A stretch of 63,316 nucleotides of DNA, the filler included, from Chlamydiia bacterium (lineage in GTDB: Bacteria > Chlamydiota > Chlamydiia > Chlamydiales > FEN-1388), in NCBI GenBank assembly GCA_903848235.1. It is 12 parts of 12 records of this genome, joined end to end, with 100 filler letters (N's around TTAATTAATTAA, not from the genome) between each part and the next. Parts side by side here need not be neighbours in the genome. Positions count along the whole stretch, not along the records: positions 14,713 to 29,426 come from CAINFV010000232.1; positions 29,527 to 31,492 come from CAINFV010000233.1; 10 more parts are not named here. One strand, given 5' to 3'. Made by a program: the position numbers and the translations under genes. Below are positions 20,969-31,592 of the stretch, piece by piece. The stretch's first letter is position 1. Each line of letters opens with the position of its first letter. The notes under the pieces were generated by a model. That model was not told the DNA's origin. It made no database searches and was given only the letters and a program-made list of their open reading frames with translations.

Positions 20969-22629
20969 AAAACGAAAAGGTGCTCATTACCCTGCTTCTA
21001 GTTATCGGGATAACTGCGGTCTATTTAACGGGCTTTGTACATGGGATGTTGTGGGCGTCATGAGAATATTTATAGCAATAGTCGTAGTTTTGTTCGTGTC
21101 TATATGGGCGCTTATAGTTTGCATGATGATAGCCGAGCAAGTGGCAACATTTCAACAATAGGTAAGGTATATGGACGATAGCCAACGAGCTGCCCTTGAA
21201 GAGTTGAGAAAGGATTTGATGACCATCAACATAACAATGGCCAAAATCTCTGCGTATACGGGGCGGGCCATTTGGCACAACTTCGGGCCCCCTCCATCCT
21301 CACGCCCGCTCCCAATTCACAAAACGGGCGAAGGCCTCCCTTGGAGAAAAGATCTTTGCGACCCAACTGCCTTATATTATAGATGTCACATGCGCCATCC
21401 AGATATCAATACGGTCGATAACGCAAGACTCAATGGCTTTGTCACCGTCCAAGAGTTTGTCAAAGACCTCAGCTTTTCTGCTTCGCATGTTTATCTCTTT
21501 ATCAAAAACCAGCCAGAAGCGGAACCTCGCGGCTGCAAGGGAGCAACAATCTTTATTAACAAGAGCCTGCTCACAGAAAGGCTGAGTAAAACGAAGACGT
21601 GGCAGCTCCGAGAAAAAAAGGGGAAGCTGTTCTTTGCATCAAGGAGCGCCGATCAATGAGCAACCACAATTCAGATGAATACGAGTTCGCATGTTGGTGC
21701 TTTGGGTCAGACGTATGGGATGGCTTCTTGTTCAACGAGAAGGACTCGATGGATCTGTTGCAAGCCTGGAACAAGCGTCATGGCGACTTGTTGTTGTTGC
21801 ATGAGTACAACGCGGTCTGTCTGTCGATGGCAAAGATGAAAGAGTTATGGAAACAAAGTAAAGAGGGCAAACGAGTGGAAAAGAAGAAAACAACGGCCAA
21901 TGAGCCGCCAGATTTAGTTAAGAAGATGTTTGGCAATACAGCGCCTAAACAAAGTAAAACGAAGCCGGAACTTAAAGTTAAACTCCCTAAGGGATTTGGA
22001 TGTGTAAAATGAGTCTAGTAAAGATTGTGCAGGATTACAAAGAAGCGAATCAAAAGACGCTCGACGAGAAGACATTCAAAGCGGCGATCGACACATATAA
22101 AGGCGATATCAACATCCTTTATGAGATATACATCGCTCAAGAGTCATATAACAAGTTGGTTGACGTCTTGTTCGACATCTCCAATCGTTTGGAGTGCCTA
22201 GAAGACGGTCTCGAATGTCCTTGTGATTGTTGTGAAGGTGAAGGATGACAGACCACGACTGGGTGTTGATTGACGAAGTCCCACCCATACACGCGCAGAT
22301 TGTTTACTTCGCGCCAGAAGACAAGTACATATGGGCTATCGGCAAAGACTACCAAAGGGTCAAAGCCGAATACCCCGAATGTACCCATTGGCGCGTTGTG
22401 TGTCATCCGCCAATGTCACGAGTACAGATAAATGCATTCCCACGAGGATAACATGCGCCCCATCGACTATGCGACAGACGAGAGATATACAGTGCCTTAC
22501 ATTGAAAGAGAGGCGGCATTGATACTACTTACCCTAGGAAGAAAGTGTGTCAACAAGTTCGGCCGCAGTTCCTATATCCGCACGGAGTTAGACAAGCGAA
22601 TACTACATCGATGGGGCCTTGATAGATAG
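20965..22629 (+). CDS. Cluster of small phage hypothetical ORFs between terS and terL (e.g. 21171-21659, 21656-22012, 22009-22248, 22245-22451)
   Basis: Co-oriented short ORFs with overlapping stop/start codons. Confidence 0.5.
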
Positions 22630-22702
22630 CCCGTTTAGTTCAACGGTAGAACGATAGATTTGTAATCTTTAGGTGTGGGTTCAATTCCTGCAATGGGCAC
22701 CA
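22629..22702 (+). tRNA. tRNA-Thr(TGT), phage-encoded, CCA encoded
   Basis: GCCCGTT/AATGGGC acceptor, GTTC/GAAC D-stem, loop TT-TGT-AA, GTTCAATTC T-loop, ACCA end. Confidence 0.88.
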
Positions 22703-22744
22703 TTTTCGTGACATCATGCAAAAGAAAGAGGATTAAGCATTTAC

Positions 22745-24094
22745 ATGTCTGTAGAGCCACCAAAGGACGGCCCAATCGAAATACCCCACCAATATAAATG
22801 GCGTCCATACCAGATGGATTTTTGGCGTGCGGCAAGAAAGGGCTTTAAGCGCTTTGTTCTGGTATGGCATCGACGTGCCGGCAAAGAGAAGACGTGTTGG
22901 AATTATCTTATCGTCCAGGCCATCAGAAAGCCTGGCATATATTACTACTTCTTCCCGCACTTTAGCCAAGGTCGCAAGATTCTGTGGGATGGTATTGACA
23001 AGAGCGGGTTTCGTTTCCTTGATCATATCCCGAAGGAGCTTATCGAAGGCAACCCCAACTCCACTGAAATGAAGGTTAAGCTTAAAAACGGTTCACTCAT
23101 TCAAGTTATCGGCACGAACAATGTTGACTCCATTGTTGGTACCAACCCTATTGGCTGCGTGTTTACTGAGTATAGCTTGCAAGATCCCAAGGCGTGGCCT
23201 CTTATACGTCCGATTCTTGTTGAGAATGGCGGGTGGGCCGTTTTTAACTTTACTCCAAGGGGCGCGAATCATGGAAAAGATTTGTTTGACATGGCCAAGG
23301 GCAACCCCAAGTGGTACTGCCAGCTTTTAACCGTTAAGGATACTGGTGTTGTGTCCGATGCTGACATCCAGGCCGAGCGTGACGCGGGGATGAGTGAAGA
23401 TTTTATTCAACAAGAATTCTTCTGTTCCTTTACTCTGGGCGTTGAAGGCGCTTATTACGCCAAATATATGCAGGAGGCAAGAGATGAAGAACGAATTGGC
23501 AACGTTTCGTGGAATAAGCAATCTCGCGTTTACACGGCTTGGGATATCGGGTACGGAGATTCAACGGCGATTATTTTTTATCAGATTGCTGGGCAGGAGA
23601 TACACATCATCGATTATTACGAAAACCACGGAGAAGGTCTGCCACATTATGCTGGCGTCTTGCAAGCCAAAGGCTACACCTACGCAAGCCATTTCGCGCC
23701 TCATGATATCGAAAGTCACTCCTTTTCGTCTGGACTCTCGGCACAAGAAGTTGGCGCAGAGCTGGGGATTCGGTTTACTACGCTTCCCACACTCAAGCTG
23801 CGTCTTGATGACGGCATTGAGGCTCTCAGAGGCCTATTCCCGCGCCTTTGGCTGGATGCTGACAAATGTAAAGGACTCATTAAGTGTCTCGAGAACTACC
23901 GAAAAGAGTTCGACGACCGACTAGAAGTATACAAAAACAGGCCCCTTCATGATAAGTATTCACATGGCGCTGATGCGGCCCGTTATCTGGCATTGGCTGT
24001 CAAAAAATATGTCGATACTGGCAAAGCGTCTGGTATGATTGACGACTCGCAAAGCGAAAAGTGGTTTAAACAATTCAACCCGGTATTTGAGTGA
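22745..24094 (+). CDS. terL: Terminase large subunit
   Basis: RPYQ, WHRRAGK Walker A, GCVFTEY Walker B, FTPRG, TAWDIG nuclease, SHGADAARY. Confidence 0.95.
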   Translation: MSVEPPKDGPIEIPHQYKWRPYQMDFWRAARKGFKRFVLVWHRRAGKEKTCWNYLIVQAIRKPGIYYYFFPHFSQGRKILWDGIDKSGFRFLDHIPKELIEGNPNSTEMKVKLKNGSLIQVIGTNNVDSIVGTNPIGCVFTEYSLQDPKAWPLIRPILVENGGWAVFNFTPRGANHGKDLFDMAKGNPKWYCQLLTVKDTGVVSDADIQAERDAGMSEDFIQQEFFCSFTLGVEGAYYAKYMQEARDEERIGNVSWNKQSRVYTAWDIGYGDSTAIIFYQIAGQEIHIIDYYENHGEGLPHYAGVLQAKGYTYASHFAPHDIESHSFSSGLSAQEVGAELGIRFTTLPTLKLRLDDGIEALRGLFPRLWLDADKCKGLIKCLENYRKEFDDRLEVYKNRPLHDKYSHGADAARYLALAVKKYVDTGKASGMIDDSQSEKWFKQFNPVFE

Positions 24095-24290
24095 GACATT
24101 ATAAATATATTTGTTTCTCATATAACGACATTCATAAATCGCGCCATTTTCATTTTTTAAGAAAGAGATATATGAAGGAGGCGATGCGTGAAAACATGAA
24201 TTGTTGGGATACCTTTTCTTTTGGTGAAAAGCTTCCAAAGTGGCCCTTTTTGCTTCGCTTAAGACATGAAGAAGTCGGGAGACAATTTCC

Positions 24291-24545
24291 ATGAGACACG
24301 TAAGCCATTGCCCGCATTGCAAATCGCTATTAGATGGCAAAGATATATATCAGTGCTTCTTTGACGATTACCAAGATAAGGCGAAAGCGCTCGATTACGC
24401 TTCGTCTTATGGCTGGACAAAGGAGAGGCCGACGTGCTTTTCTCGTCTTATCGGCGTGTATGACATGGAACAGGACCGAACAACCCATTATGAATGCCCT
24501 GATTGCAAAGAGAAAATATCTCGTAAAGTTGGAGAATTAGCATGA
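24291..24545 (+). CDS. Small Zn-finger phage protein
   Basis: CPHC...CPDC; FSRLIGVYD. Confidence 0.65.
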   Translation: MRHVSHCPHCKSLLDGKDIYQCFFDDYQDKAKALDYASSYGWTKERPTCFSRLIGVYDMEQDRTTHYECPDCKEKISRKVGELA

Positions 24546-25177
24546 TTTACCAAGTTCGCACGTTTTACCCGCTGTCCTGTTCCAAGAAGTATTGTGAGAC
24601 GGTAGACGTTTTGCAAGCGCATATCGCCGACGTTATTAAGGCGACAAACTCGCAGCGCAAGTCAATGGATGCAGAAGAGGTGGCCGATCTCAAGTGGGAC
24701 CATCCCGTGACAGTGCGCGAGATTGAAGACGGCTTGGAAGTAATTAGCATTGATGACACCGAACTGCCAGATTGGCACAAATACTTCGGAGATGAGGCGC
24801 CAATAACTCCGACGCTCATGTGCATCAGAGATGGCAAGAAAATATACGCGAAAATAAATACGTGATTATTTTAGGTTATAGAAAATGTAGCAATTGTGCA
24901 TAGGAGAAAAATCATGCGAAGTCGTGTTGAGGACCTTGGAAGAGTCGCAGTATTAATTGACAACGTCATCGAGCACGACCTGTTTGACAAGGAATTAGTC
25001 AGGCCGAAGGACTTTGTTGATTGGTTTGCCGAACGCAATCAAGACGAGCGCGACGATATACTTCATGAGTATGTATATGGTCGGCAGTCAGTCCTTGAGT
25101 TATTGTACAACATACGCGAGATAGCCCGTGGCGAAGACGTGTTGAACGAAAATGTTGATGGGATGATAATTAAGTAA
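24542..25177 (+). CDS. Two phage hypothetical proteins (24542-24865, ~24914-25177)
   Basis: Co-oriented ORFs with GGAG RBS. Confidence 0.5.
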
Positions 25178-25197
25178 ACGCAACCCGTGCAGGTAAC

Positions 25198-25497
25198 ATG
25201 ACCACAAGCCCTTTCAAGAAGCCCAATGACACTTCCTCTGGTGGAGCTGGTGGTGGCGGATGCGGAGGAGCCTCTGGTGGAAGCGGACGCGTTGTAACGG
25301 CCCTTCCGCCGCGTAACAGGCCTTACCCTTGGCCATTACCCTATTCAGCGACTCAAGGCGCTGTAGGGGGCGCTGGAGGCCTTGGCAAGGTTTCGGTCCA
25401 AAAACCCCCTTTCGGAGCCCCTTATCAGCCCTATTGGCCATACGCAGTACCTGATCAGTATTATCGTGGGCTGCCGACAAACCCGGTGCGATTATGA
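25198..25497 (+). CDS. Gly-rich / Pro-Tyr-rich low-complexity protein
   Basis: GGAGGGGCGGASGGSG linker, PYPWPLPY and PYQPYWPY blocks. Confidence 0.55.
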   Translation: MTTSPFKKPNDTSSGGAGGGGCGGASGGSGRVVTALPPRNRPYPWPLPYSATQGAVGGAGGLGKVSVQKPPFGAPYQPYWPYAVPDQYYRGLPTNPVRL

Positions 25498-25634
25498 TCA
25501 GCTTGAGGACGCATTTGGTTTGTGTGTTTTTAGGATTTATTGTCGGCTTGAGTTTGTATTATAGATTCAAGCATCCGAATTTGACGGAGACCCAACTCTT
25601 TGTAGATATGGTAAAGTTAAAATGGTTTTTGTGA
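25494..25634 (+). CDS. 46-aa membrane protein (not in ORF track)
   Basis: ATGA overlap with upstream stop; MISLRTHLVCVFLGFIVGLSLYYRFKHPNLTETQLF. Confidence 0.5.
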   Translation: MISLRTHLVCVFLGFIVGLSLYYRFKHPNLTETQLFVDMVKLKWFL

Positions 25635-25804
25635 CATTATGATTGAAGTCAAGCGGAGCAAAAAAGAAGACTTAGCCCCCGTTGGCTCGATAATGTATCG
25701 CATCGATGTGGTGCCCTGTTACGGACTATATGACGTCTACGAAAGCGACAACGAGTTTGCTGAGATATGGGTTCCGTTAGAAGAAGACAACAAAGAAGGT
25801 AGCA

Positions 25805-25966
25805 ATGGCTAAAGGCACCGTATCAATTCAGCGTCCACCGTCACCCGTTCCGCGCTCGCCAATGAGCCCGATTGGCGTTCAGAGTCCTTATGTGCCATTT
25901 CCAAGGATACCTTATCCATCAGGGCCAGTGCCTCCAGTTCAAAACGTAACACCGGTGCCACCGTGA
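25805..25966 (+). CDS. 53-aa Pro-rich peptide (not in ORF track)
   Basis: MAKGTVSIQRPPSPVPRSPMSPIGVQSPYVPFPRIPYPSGPVPPVQNVTPVPP; GAAGG RBS, coupled to next ORF. Confidence 0.5.
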   Translation: MAKGTVSIQRPPSPVPRSPMSPIGVQSPYVPFPRIPYPSGPVPPVQNVTPVPP

Positions 25967-26133
25967 AATTTTTCTTTATTAGCAGTCTCGCTTGCTTATT
26001 GCTAACCGGCTGCACCATCTCCATGACAATGGTCCACACACAAGGAAGCGCATCGGATGTGGTTGATGAGGAGCAGGCTCCAGTGAATGATGTGAAGCCT
26101 AGCTTGACTGTGCCGGCGTCGTTGCTGCCTTAA
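25963..26133 (+). CDS. 56-aa lipoprotein (not in ORF track)
   Basis: MKFFFISSLACLLLTGC lipobox then TISMTMVHTQGSASDVVDE. Confidence 0.6.
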   Translation: MKFFFISSLACLLLTGCTISMTMVHTQGSASDVVDEEQAPVNDVKPSLTVPASLLP

Positions 26134-26167
26134 TGTAAGAAAAACACCCAGAGGACTCGAATGGGTG

Positions 26168-26371
26168 TTAAATGTAGATGACCATAGCAGATGCCAAGAA
26201 AGCGTATTCACCTTTGTCCATGCACATGCAAGTGGAATATTTGATGTCTATTACTTGACAATCCTCTATGGTTTCGCAAATGAAAATGTTTATTTCGTCG
26301 TCTAGTTTTTCTAAAGCGTCAACCTCAAGGACAGAAAATATTTTCACTTTTCGCTGAGTATTCTCTGTCAT
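26168..26371 (-). CDS. Cse60/DUF2758-like small protein
   Basis: KVKIF...LDDEINIFI...IDIKYS...SAMVIY. Confidence 0.6.
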   Translation of the reverse strand: MTENTQRKVKIFSVLEVDALEKLDDEINIFICETIEDCQVIDIKYSTCMCMDKGEYAFLASAMVIYI

Positions 26372-26565
26372 ATTTTTCCTCTTTCAAATTCTGCTCTAAG
26401 CAAGAGAACAATATCCTCAAGGCACATATCTGGTTCTTCATGACAACGGGCACCCAATGCGAGCATTCTTATCATTGCTGCATTTCCCATTTCATTAGAA
26501 ACGCCGTGGTCGCGAAGAGTTTTTACTATCAAATTCTGCACCTTAACAAGTTGCGGATGTTCTCC

Positions 26566-26880
26566 TGTCATCTTTTCTCCTTCAGTAAATCGATAAACAT
26601 CTCGTAAAGTCTATGCTGCCTTACTACGGTCTAGAATAGAGGACGAGAGCATAATGGAGGTCATCTGGAAAGCTCCCGCGAGTCGTGAATTTAATGTCCA
26701 TTATCGTGACAGGACCCATGCACACATATTTTTCTGCCTCTTTGCGCGCGAATTCATTTATCTGTGTAGCCAACCCGTAAATACAGGGGTCATCAAAAGC
26801 CTTAACTCGTTGCATCACGTTTTCCCTCTTTTGTCATCTTTTCTCCTTCAGCAAATCGATAAACATCTCGTAAAGTCTAT
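26566..26880. repeat. 49-bp direct repeat pair (26566-26614 and 26832-26880)
   Basis: tgtcatcttttctccttcagYaaatcgataaacatctcgtaaagtctat, one mismatch. Confidence 0.9.
26624..26818 (-). CDS. Cse60/DUF2758-like small protein (paralogue)
   Basis: RVKAF...LATQINEF...MDIKFT...YALVLY. Confidence 0.55.
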   Translation of the reverse strand: MMQRVKAFDDPCIYGLATQINEFARKEAEKYVCMGPVTIMDIKFTTRGSFPDDLHYALVLYSRP

Positions 26881-27473
26881 CCGTTCGGGCCGCTTGAGCA
26901 TCCATTTTGGATTCCAAATGCCTCATGTCGCTCTTTATCCCAGCAGAAAAATACCACGATACGGCAACCAAGGCGAGAATGGTTTGAATGTTAAATCCCA
27001 TAAGGAAGTTCGTGAAATTTTCCATTATTTCTTATCCCTCACTGGCATTCCCATCATCGACAAGATTGTCTCCATCACGGCTATTCGCGTCTCTACAAGG
27101 CCGACTCGCGCCTCTAGACAAACGATTTTCCTGTCCAAATCCTTCATTTGATATATCAACCAGCCGAATCCTGCACCCATCATACTGATGATGGCCCAAA
27201 ACTGTCCATTTTCCATTGTTCCTCTCATTTGATGGCTTCGATTTTCATTCTCTCTTCTTTTATCGCATCTGCAAGGCTCTTTCCTGTTGATAGCCAGAAC
27301 ATGCGTTCGTCAAGCGAAAGTATTTTAGCGTCAAATACGTCCATTCTCTTCTCAAACGCATCGAGACGTCGGTCCATCCGGCCGTTGATGTCATTCTTGA
27401 AGTTCCGCATGATTGAGTACATGAATCCTATGATACCCACCGAACAACTAATCACCGTTAAATCTAAGTCCAT
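26834..27473 (-). CDS. Three coupled small N-terminal-TM plus coiled-coil proteins (26834-27025, 27025-27228, 27225-27473)
   Basis: Each has one hydrophobic helix then heptad repeats; overlapping stop/start. Confidence 0.65.
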
Positions 27474-27615
27474 TTGATTGTTCCTCTCATTTTAAGCCTC
27501 GAATATAGAATTATTCTCATTTTTTGGCAACGAAAGTATGCCATTCTGTCTCTATTTCGTATGTAAAATTTAAACTTTAACTTATATACTAAAGTTTAGA
27601 TTACAGAGGTTTTCG

Positions 27616-29426
27616 ATGGCTAGCCCAATGTCAAATTATTCCAACTCCCAAGATTCACAAGACTTCTTAGGGGACTATAGAAAAAAAATTGTAGAAAACG
27701 ACCCCAGATTAGAATTTCACCAAGACGTGATTAAAGATTTCGGCGAGTCGTATGAAAGAGCGTATCAATTATGGAACACGTTTTACGCAGAGGCATATAA
27801 AGACCTGTCTTACTACCTGGGAAACCAATGGAGCCTCGAAGAGCTGGCCTACCTGAACAATCAGAGGCGGTCTTCCTTCACGTACAACAAGATCAGACGC
27901 ATAATTAACCTCGTTCAGGGCTACCAGCGTAAAAACCGCCTTTCTAGCGTAATTAGACCCATTGAGAACGCCTCAGAAGAAACGGCCGAGCAGCTCTCGG
28001 ACTGTCTGCAGTACGTTATGCAATCGGCCGATGGGTATGAGGCAATATCTGACGCATTCAAAGGCGCACTGACGACCGGCTTGTCATTCCTTTCTCCTTG
28101 GATTGACTATCGAAACGACCCAGTATCCGGTGACATTAAATTCCATCGCGACGATTGGAACGCGGTCATCCTCGACCCGTTCTTCACGAAGAAAGACTTG
28201 TCCGACTGCTCTTTTGTTGCTCGACGCAAATTCCTGTCCAGAACGGAGATTATATCGCTGCTTCCTGACAAAGAGGATGTGATTAATTCACTGCCATGGG
28301 GTTCAAGAGACGACAAGTTCACCTATATGCCTTATGCAAGACAATGGGGCATGCAGAAGTTGCTCAACTACACGGAGTATTGGCGCACCAGATGGGAAAA
28401 CAAAGAAGTCCTCGTCGACATGTCAACAGGCGAGACGAAAGAATGGGATGGCGACAAGAAACGCCTTCAGTTATTTAGGCAGCTATACCCTCAACTAGAA
28501 GTGATTCGCAAGCCCGTCAAGACGGTGGAGTTGGGAATCATCGTAGAAGGAGAATTATTACACTATGGAAAAGACCCCTTCGGCCTCAATGAATATCCTT
28601 TTGTGCCGTTTATGGCCATTTTCGAGCCATCCTACGACCTTTTCACTTGGAAAGTGCAATCACTCGTCAGAATCGTGCGAGACCCGCAAACAGAACTCAA
28701 CAAACGCCGCTCCAAGATGGTTGATATCATCGATAATCAGCTTAATAGCGGATGGATAGCCAAGACGAACTCCGTCTCTAACCCAACATCTCTCTACAAA
28801 ACAGGCCAAGGCCAGGTCATATTCCTGAAGCCAGAAGCCCAGATGACGGACATCCAGCGCCTCAACCCCGCTGACATCCCTCCCGCCATGTTCCAACTCG
28901 AGCAGGAATTCGAGAAAGACATCATGGAGATTGCAGGTGTTAACTCCGAACTATTCGGCATGGCCGACAATGACAAGATAGAGACCGCTGGCATGCTTGC
29001 CAAGATGCGCCAAAGCGCTGGCCTTGTGAACCTGCAAGACATCTTCGATGGACTGCGGGATTCTCAGAAGCTGCTCGGGCGCAAAGTCCTCAAGCTGATT
29101 CAATTGAAATATACCCCAGAGAAAATCGAACTCATCACCAAAAAGAAACCATCAGACGAATTTTATAGTAAAACGTTTGCTAAGTATGACGTTGTCGTGG
29201 AAGAGGGTGTTCTGACGGATACCCAACAGCAAACTGAGTACCTGCAACTTAGCGCTTTGAAAATGATGGGTGTCAATGTCACCGACGAGGAGTTAATCGA
29301 CGCGTCCAATCTCCATGGCAAGAAGAAGATGAAAGACCGCATGGCAGCGCAGGCGCAACAAGCGCAACAGGTGCAAGAGATGCAGACGAAGATGGCGATG
29401 GAAAACCAGGCCGTCTTAACCGAAGC
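27616..29426 (+). CDS. Portal protein, P22-like (3' truncated)
   Basis: YYLGNQW, TYNKIRRIINLVQGYQRKNR, SLVRIVRDPQTELNKRRSK, YDVVVEEG. Confidence 0.85.
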
Positions 29427-29526
29427 NNNNNNNNNNNNNNNNNNNNNNNNNNNNNNNNNNNNNNNNNNNNTTAATTAATTAANNNNNNNNNNNNNNNNNN
29501 NNNNNNNNNNNNNNNNNNNNNNNNNN

Positions 29527-29709
29527 ATTACGTAGATCCTCAGTGAGATTGCGAGCTGCTTCTCCCATTACCTCTAGCTGTCTTATGACACCATCTTGAA
29601 GTAACCTGTTCTCCATAAAATCATCATGAGAGACGCCATCTGTGTAGCGCTCTATTTGCACAAACGCATCCATGATATGGTGCAAATAGACTGAATCATC
29701 TTTCTTCAT
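29527..29709 (-). CDS. HepT-like DUF86 ribonuclease toxin (truncated by contig edge)
   Basis: DDSVYLHHI..., QDGVIRQLEVMGEAA. Confidence 0.85.
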
Positions 29710-29998
29710 AGAGCAGAACCAGGTCCTTTTCTGCATAGGGTCGCAAATATGGGCTTAGAGAGCCTTCAGCTATCAATTCTACCTCTCTTCCCAGAACACG
29801 GCTTAGTTCTTCTTCCAAACCAAACCATGCTAAACCAAGTCGGGGACGCTTCTCTGGGGCTTTTAGTTCCACCAGTAGATCGATATCGCTTTCTGGCGTC
29901 TCCTCGCCCCGAGCAAAAGAACCGAAAACTGCAATGCGCTTAACGTATGGCCTGAGCAAAGGCAATATTTTCTCGCTCAGATCCGCAAATCGATTCAT
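29696..29998 (-). CDS. MNT-type minimal nucleotidyltransferase antitoxin
   Basis: VFGSFARGEETPESDIDLLV; overlaps DUF86 gene. Confidence 0.9.
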   Translation of the reverse strand: MNRFADLSEKILPLLRPYVKRIAVFGSFARGEETPESDIDLLVELKAPEKRPRLGLAWFGLEEELSRVLGREVELIAEGSLSPYLRPYAEKDLVLLYEER

Positions 29999-30203
29999 TT
30001 GACCTCCTTTTTATCTAGATATCTGATATCATTCTTATGTTTGGAACTATGCACTTAAATAGATGAGGGAGAGAGGAAAAAGAGCAGTGCTTGGAGAAAT
30101 GCCTCACTTGATTCGTCTTGTGCTCTTGGTCGCATCTGGTCGGGCCAGAGTGTCAGGTGGTGCTGGACTCCGGCGGAGGCAATTTTCAGGGTGCTGGGTT
30201 TTA

Positions 30204-31399
30204 GGGTCGTGTACTTTCTTAACTGAAAGATTTTAATACTACCTCATCAATTAATAAGTTGGGGTAGCGATGAATTCGAATCTTGATGTTTCACTATTTT
30301 GGTGCTGGCAGAAGGATTGTCCCGACTTCGGAAAAAAAGGTGCAGGAAACATAGTTTTGAAAGAACGATATGGGAAGGATAACAGAGCGCTTCTCAAGTG
30401 CAGAACTTGCGGCCATTGCTTCAGCGAAACTCATGGAACGCCGTTCTTCGGCCTTAACACTCCGATTGATGAGGTCTGCCGAACACTAGCTCTGATTCCA
30501 GAGAAGGGAAGCATTCGGGGAGCTGCGCGGATTTCGGGGCATGATAAGGGCACAATATGCAAGTGGGTTGATCTCGCTGGCAAGCACTGCAGAGAAGTGA
30601 CGGATTATTTTTTGAAAGAACTTCGCCTAGATCGCGTGCAGGTTGATGAGATCTGGTCGTATATAAAAAAAGGAGAAAAACGTCGCTGTCAACGATTCGA
30701 AAGAATGCGGTGATGTCTACAGCCTTACTGCAATAAAACCTGACACTCGACTTTTTTTGAGTCATCATGAAGGAAAGAGAACTGCAGAGGATTGTGTCGA
30801 ATTATTTGGCGATATTGAAAGACGTCGCGCAATTGATTCGCCTATTCCTGTATTTACTTCAGATAACTGGGATCCTTTCGAGGAAGGGCTTCTCAATGTT
30901 TATGGCTTTTTTGAAACGCCGCCTTACTGCGGAATCGGAAGAAAGCCTGATCCGATACTGGTTCCTTACCCAAACCTGAAGTACGCAAAGGTGTGCAAGA
31001 AAAGAGAGAAAGGACGACTCGTTGAGGTAATACAACGTGTTGTTTATGGCGATCCGAAAGATGTAATGCACTTACTTGGTGCCGATTCTGGAGGAAAGAT
31101 CAATACGGCATATATCGAGCGGCTGAATCTCACAATTCGCAATTCATTGGCTCGATTCATACGCAAGAGCATGAATTGCAGCAAGATCTTGGGGAGGCAT
31201 ACTCATGCCCTGGACTTTTTCCAAGCTTGGTACAACTTTGTCAAGCCGCATAAGTCACTTCGGCGAAGAATTGATCAAGGAAGGAAGAAATGGATGCAAA
31301 GAACACCTGCGATGGCAGAAGGACTGACTGATCATGTATGGACTATCAAGGAGCTAATGGCATTCAGGATACCAATTCAATGATATGAGTACACGACCC
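30204..31399 (+). mobile_element. IS1-family insertion sequence, archaeal type (orfA 30270-30713, orfB frame to 31383)
   Basis: TIR GGGTCGTGTACT / AGTACACGACCC; Zn-ribbon and HTH, VDEIWS, TSDNW, NTAYIERLNLTIRN DDE motifs. Confidence 0.88.
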
Positions 31400-31592
31400 A
31401 ATTTCCTGGGGTTGAGAAAAGGCATTTTCGGATCAAAGCCCTACTTCTCTTTCGATCCGCCCTCAAACTCCTGGAAGGTGCGTAGCGCCGAANNNNNNNN
31501 NNNNNNNNNNNNNNNNNNNNNNNNNNNNNNNNNNNNTTAATTAATTAANNNNNNNNNNNNNNNNNNNNNNNNNNNNNNNNNNNNNNNNNNNN

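Larger units (their letters stand above)
14713..29426. mobile_element. Tailed dsDNA phage/prophage fragment (Caudoviricetes)
   Basis: terS, terL, portal, RusA, exonuclease, SSB-like gene, Cro-like HTH, tRNA, dense small ORFs, no recognisable host housekeeping genes. Confidence 0.93.

Noticed and set aside
26566..26880. DGR template/variable repeat pair or attL/attR
   Set aside because: Only one mismatch, no RT or integrase on the contig, and the repeat is a duplicated gene end
14713..29426. Stop-codon reassignment in the phage
   Set aside because: TerL, portal and RusA are uninterrupted in the standard code and the tRNA is Thr, not a suppressor
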